Shown in pieces: positions 60,886-64,000 of a DNA stretch of 64,000 nucleotides (positions within the stretch are counted from its first letter, which is position 1; the number at the start of each line of letters is the position of its first letter). This DNA comes from Azolla caroliniana (lineage: Eukaryota > Plantae > Polypodiophyta). Under the pieces are notes generated by a model. That model was not told the DNA's origin. It saw only the letters and a program-made list of their open reading frames with translations, and ran no database searches. The DNA lies in the NCBI GenBank assembly GCA_043228905.1, contig JBHGNT010000142.1:3479-67478 (forward strand), written 5' to 3'. Position numbers and translations under genes: made by a program.

Positions 60886-60958
60886 TGGAGACGATCGGAC
60901 TTGAACCGATAACTTCATACTTGCAAAACATGCGTTCTACCGATTGAACTACGCCCCC
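60886..60958 (-). tRNA. trnA-UGC: tRNA-Ala(UGC)
   Basis: gggggcgtagttcaatcggtagaacgcatgtttTGCaagtatg...ggttcaagtccgatcgtctcca. Confidence 0.88.
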
Positions 60959-60998
60959 ATCCTCGTTCCATATGCAACACGTATCATATGGGCAAACA

Positions 60999-61043
<45 letters not shown>

Positions 61044-64000
61044 GCGGGAGGAGCTATTGTTTATACGTGCGTGCGTGCGTGCGTGCGTGCGTGCCCCCCT
61101 TTCTTCTTTTTACAGAGTTTAGGCTTTATCTAAGACATCCCGTCCTGTCGAAACTATGTCATACATAAAGGTGTGTCGTTGGCAGGTTCACTTTTGGTTT
61201 ACCACTTCGATCGTATCGGCGCTAGAGAGAAGTCGCTTTCTCGAGAGCCGGCTACCTCATCATCTTGAAACTTCATTCCGCTCCTCTGGCCGCCTTACCC
61301 TGTTCTCTGCAAGAACCCCAAGGAGACGGGTTGTTGATTGCGCTTGCTTGATTGGCACCTCTAGTACGACACATCTTTCAGAATACGAGCGAATGCTCGG
61401 ATCAGTAGATTCGAGCTCCTTATTCAGGAGTTGAGAAGTACGCAGGGCGGGCCTGCCGCTCGGCTATGACCTCGTTTCTTGAGCTAGAGGGGAATTTCAC
61501 GAAATGGGTTGGCAAGAGCAGCAGACAGCAACTCGTATCACTCTCGTAATTCAGAGAAGAGAAAATGGGATTCGAACCCTCAACTTTTGCTCTTAGAGAT
61601 CATTATTCCGGGAACCACTCTCCCAAACTAAATAGTTATTTCCCTACGTAGGAAAGTTCCAATGCGGGGTCTGGATCCAGTCGAGGCGCCGAGAGCCGCA
61701 GGCGTACCGCGTATTCTATTTACCAGTTTCTCCGGAAGGTCATGTCTGGGAACTTTGACTTGATAGTGTAGTGTGACGAGGCGAGAATTCTCGCTTTCCA
61801 AGAGAGAGTTGGTCAAACCCAACCCTAATTGCTCGGATAGCAACCAATGCACATTGCTGAGTGATAAGGTGGTTTTCCATGCTTGCTGCGAAGAGGCTTG
61901 CTTTCCTGAAAAAGCCGCTGTATACAGTGATTCTCAGACCACGCAGTATCAAAAGCTCTATCAGATATGTATAAGAAGACCCTGTTTGAGTCATTGGGTC
62001 ATCCGCTGGTTCATCCTGAGTTCCTGTTCAAGAACCTTATAGCGGAGCTATATTCTCACTGTACGACAATAGAACCCTAGCGCTACTAAAGACCATCAAG
62101 GTGGTAGATGACATTAAGATGCAGTATAGTATTATGCGGGTACATCGAAACAGCAGCAGAGCCAAGGGAGTATCTTGAAAAGCAGCTGGGCTTCAAGGCC
62201 CCTAAAGAAGAGATATATAACGCGTATCATTGGGTGCCGCAAGAAAAGAAAAGAAAAGAAAAGAAGGGGATCCTATTCCTTCCTGTTGAGCACTCCTTTT
62301 TCTTGAAGAAGTGGAAAGAGAGGTTGTCCCCCCATTGTAGGAGCGAAGAAAGCTAGTAATTTTCACGCACGAAGGAAAGTCCTAGTAGATCACTACAATG
62401 TCGTAGTGACATCTTTGTGTGGGTTTGTAATCGATAAAGTGTACGGTAATTTCGATTACTTTAAACAAGCCATAAATCTTAAGATGAAACAGTGCTGCTT
62501 TCAAATTACATGTAGCGACGACAGAGCCGCTGGAGAGGAGAGGAGAGGAGAGGAGAGGAGAGGAGAAAACTATGCGTTGACATAAATTAGAAATCACTAT
62601 TAAAATATTTTCGTGGTCTTAGGAAAAAGAATGAAGGTAAACGAAAAAAGCCTCAGTGGGATCCTCATCTTTGGCGGATTTGACGGGACCATCATCTTCG
62701 CCCCCAGCGGGCCGGGCGGCACCACCGTCTTCAGGGAACGCGCTTCCTCACTAACAGACAACTCACCCCTAACAGTACAGTAGACGACTCTAACCCTGCA
62801 GACCATTCTTCCCCTGCAACAAATGGCTCTACCTCAGCAAGCAACAGAGACGGGAGAAAAAAAGTACACAATGTCGGGTTCCTGCCTACTCTACTGCAGT
62901 TTTCGGTCAGCCTTATAGCGAAGCCCGTATGATGGGCTTCGGCAAATCCGCCAAAGCAATAATATATGGTATGCATATTGACAAGTGGTATTACTTATTG
63001 ATTATAGCCCCGCTTGACCGATGGGACGCGGGCGGTTAGGAGTGAAGGTCTATAACACAAACGATCTTATCTCTCACATTACAGATGTATACCAGCGCTA
63101 TTACCATGCGATAACTACGAATAGCGCTTTTTTGTTGAGCCTCGCCGCTGCAATACTGATAGCATCTACTGGCTGTTCTTCTATCAAATACCCTCCTATC
63201 GTCCGCCCTGCAAATAGGAAAATTACTACCGCGAATTTTTTATTATTTAAGAATCGGGAAAACGTAAGTAACTGGAGCGTTCAATCACAAGAACAAATCT
63301 TCATGCCGAAAAGCGGAGCGAAACTGATGGATGATCACCATCACTTCGTCTAGGACCACCAACTAGTAGTGCCCAAGAAGAAGCGGTGAAATGGACGGAC
63401 TTGAACGACGCTATGAGCCCCTAACAAACTGTTATAAATATCAAGAACAGACCTCGTGTTGGCAAAGAAAGCCAACGCAAGTCCCTCTAATGGATGCTAG
63501 GGCATTCTCGCCCCTCGAATCAAAGCCAACAGAATGTAAATTGATTGACCGTTACTACTTCATATTACCATTCATAAGCCATAGCTTACTTTGACCCTCC
63601 CTATCTTCTATAGAATTCCCGGGGCTTTCCTAGCCACTGTGTTGTTTGTTGGTATCTTTCCCTTGAAGGTTGGTCATCTCAGCCTCACTTTCGAGAATCG
63701 TTACTAATGCGCTTTCTTTATTGTAAACTACTCTTATTGGTTTGTTCCGGGCTTAGTCAATTTTGCTTTCTTAGCTTTGTCTTATTACATGAGTAATGGG
63801 GTTTGCCACTTATGGTGGGATTCGGGTCTTGTTCTAGATCTATCTTAAGTGTATACTTTCGGAATCCCGATGTTATTTCGTGCCGCTTTTTTGGCCTTCC
63901 TGAAGCCTATCCGATTTTCTTTATCGTGAGCACGGGGAGCGAGCCAACTCCCTTCCCTCGGGCGACATTCGTTCGAGACATCAATCATTTCGGCGAACTA

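Noticed and set aside
61550-61625. tRNA-like GGATTCGAACCC fragments (also ~23785 and ~33310)
   Set aside because: Only a T-arm remnant; no cloverleaf can be built.
62660-62700. GCGGATTTGACGGGAC resembling the beta-prime NADFDGD motif
   Set aside because: Needs frameshifts within the motif and no flanking conserved blocks are visible.

Overview
This window is plant mitochondrial DNA, almost certainly from a leptosporangiate fern. The evidence is the fern-type introns rps1i25g2, nad5i1242g2, rps14i114g2 and rrnLi825g1, a chlamydial-like trnR-UCG, and extreme C-to-U plus U-to-C editing requirements that hide most genes from the ORF track. Protein genes are nad7 (two copies in a ~6.6 kb inverted repeat), nad5, nad6, cox2, cox3, atp4, sdh4, rps1, rps2 and rps4, plus an orphan rps14 exon 2 and a truncated rpl6. 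RNA genes are rrnS, rrn5, rrnL (one collinear copy with a group I intron plus an orphan 3' half) and about 15 tRNA loci. Intergenic DNA carries many 4-5 nt microsatellites, a modular ATGAA/TTCAT palindrome family, a mitovirus RdRp relic and a decayed multisubunit RNA polymerase beta-like relic. The most notable observations are: (1) the rrnL group I intron 3' half sits behind a copy of the rrnS leader, suggesting a cis/trans-splicing intermediate; (2) a shared AAACTGCCATGAATA leader motif lies upstream of several mRNAs; (3) a Leu-type tRNA carries a UUG anticodon; (4) tRNA relics with inflated anticodon loops abut nad7 and rrnL; (5) nad5i230 has co-varied non-canonical ends. All homology calls were made by eye from remembered motifs; no database searches were run.
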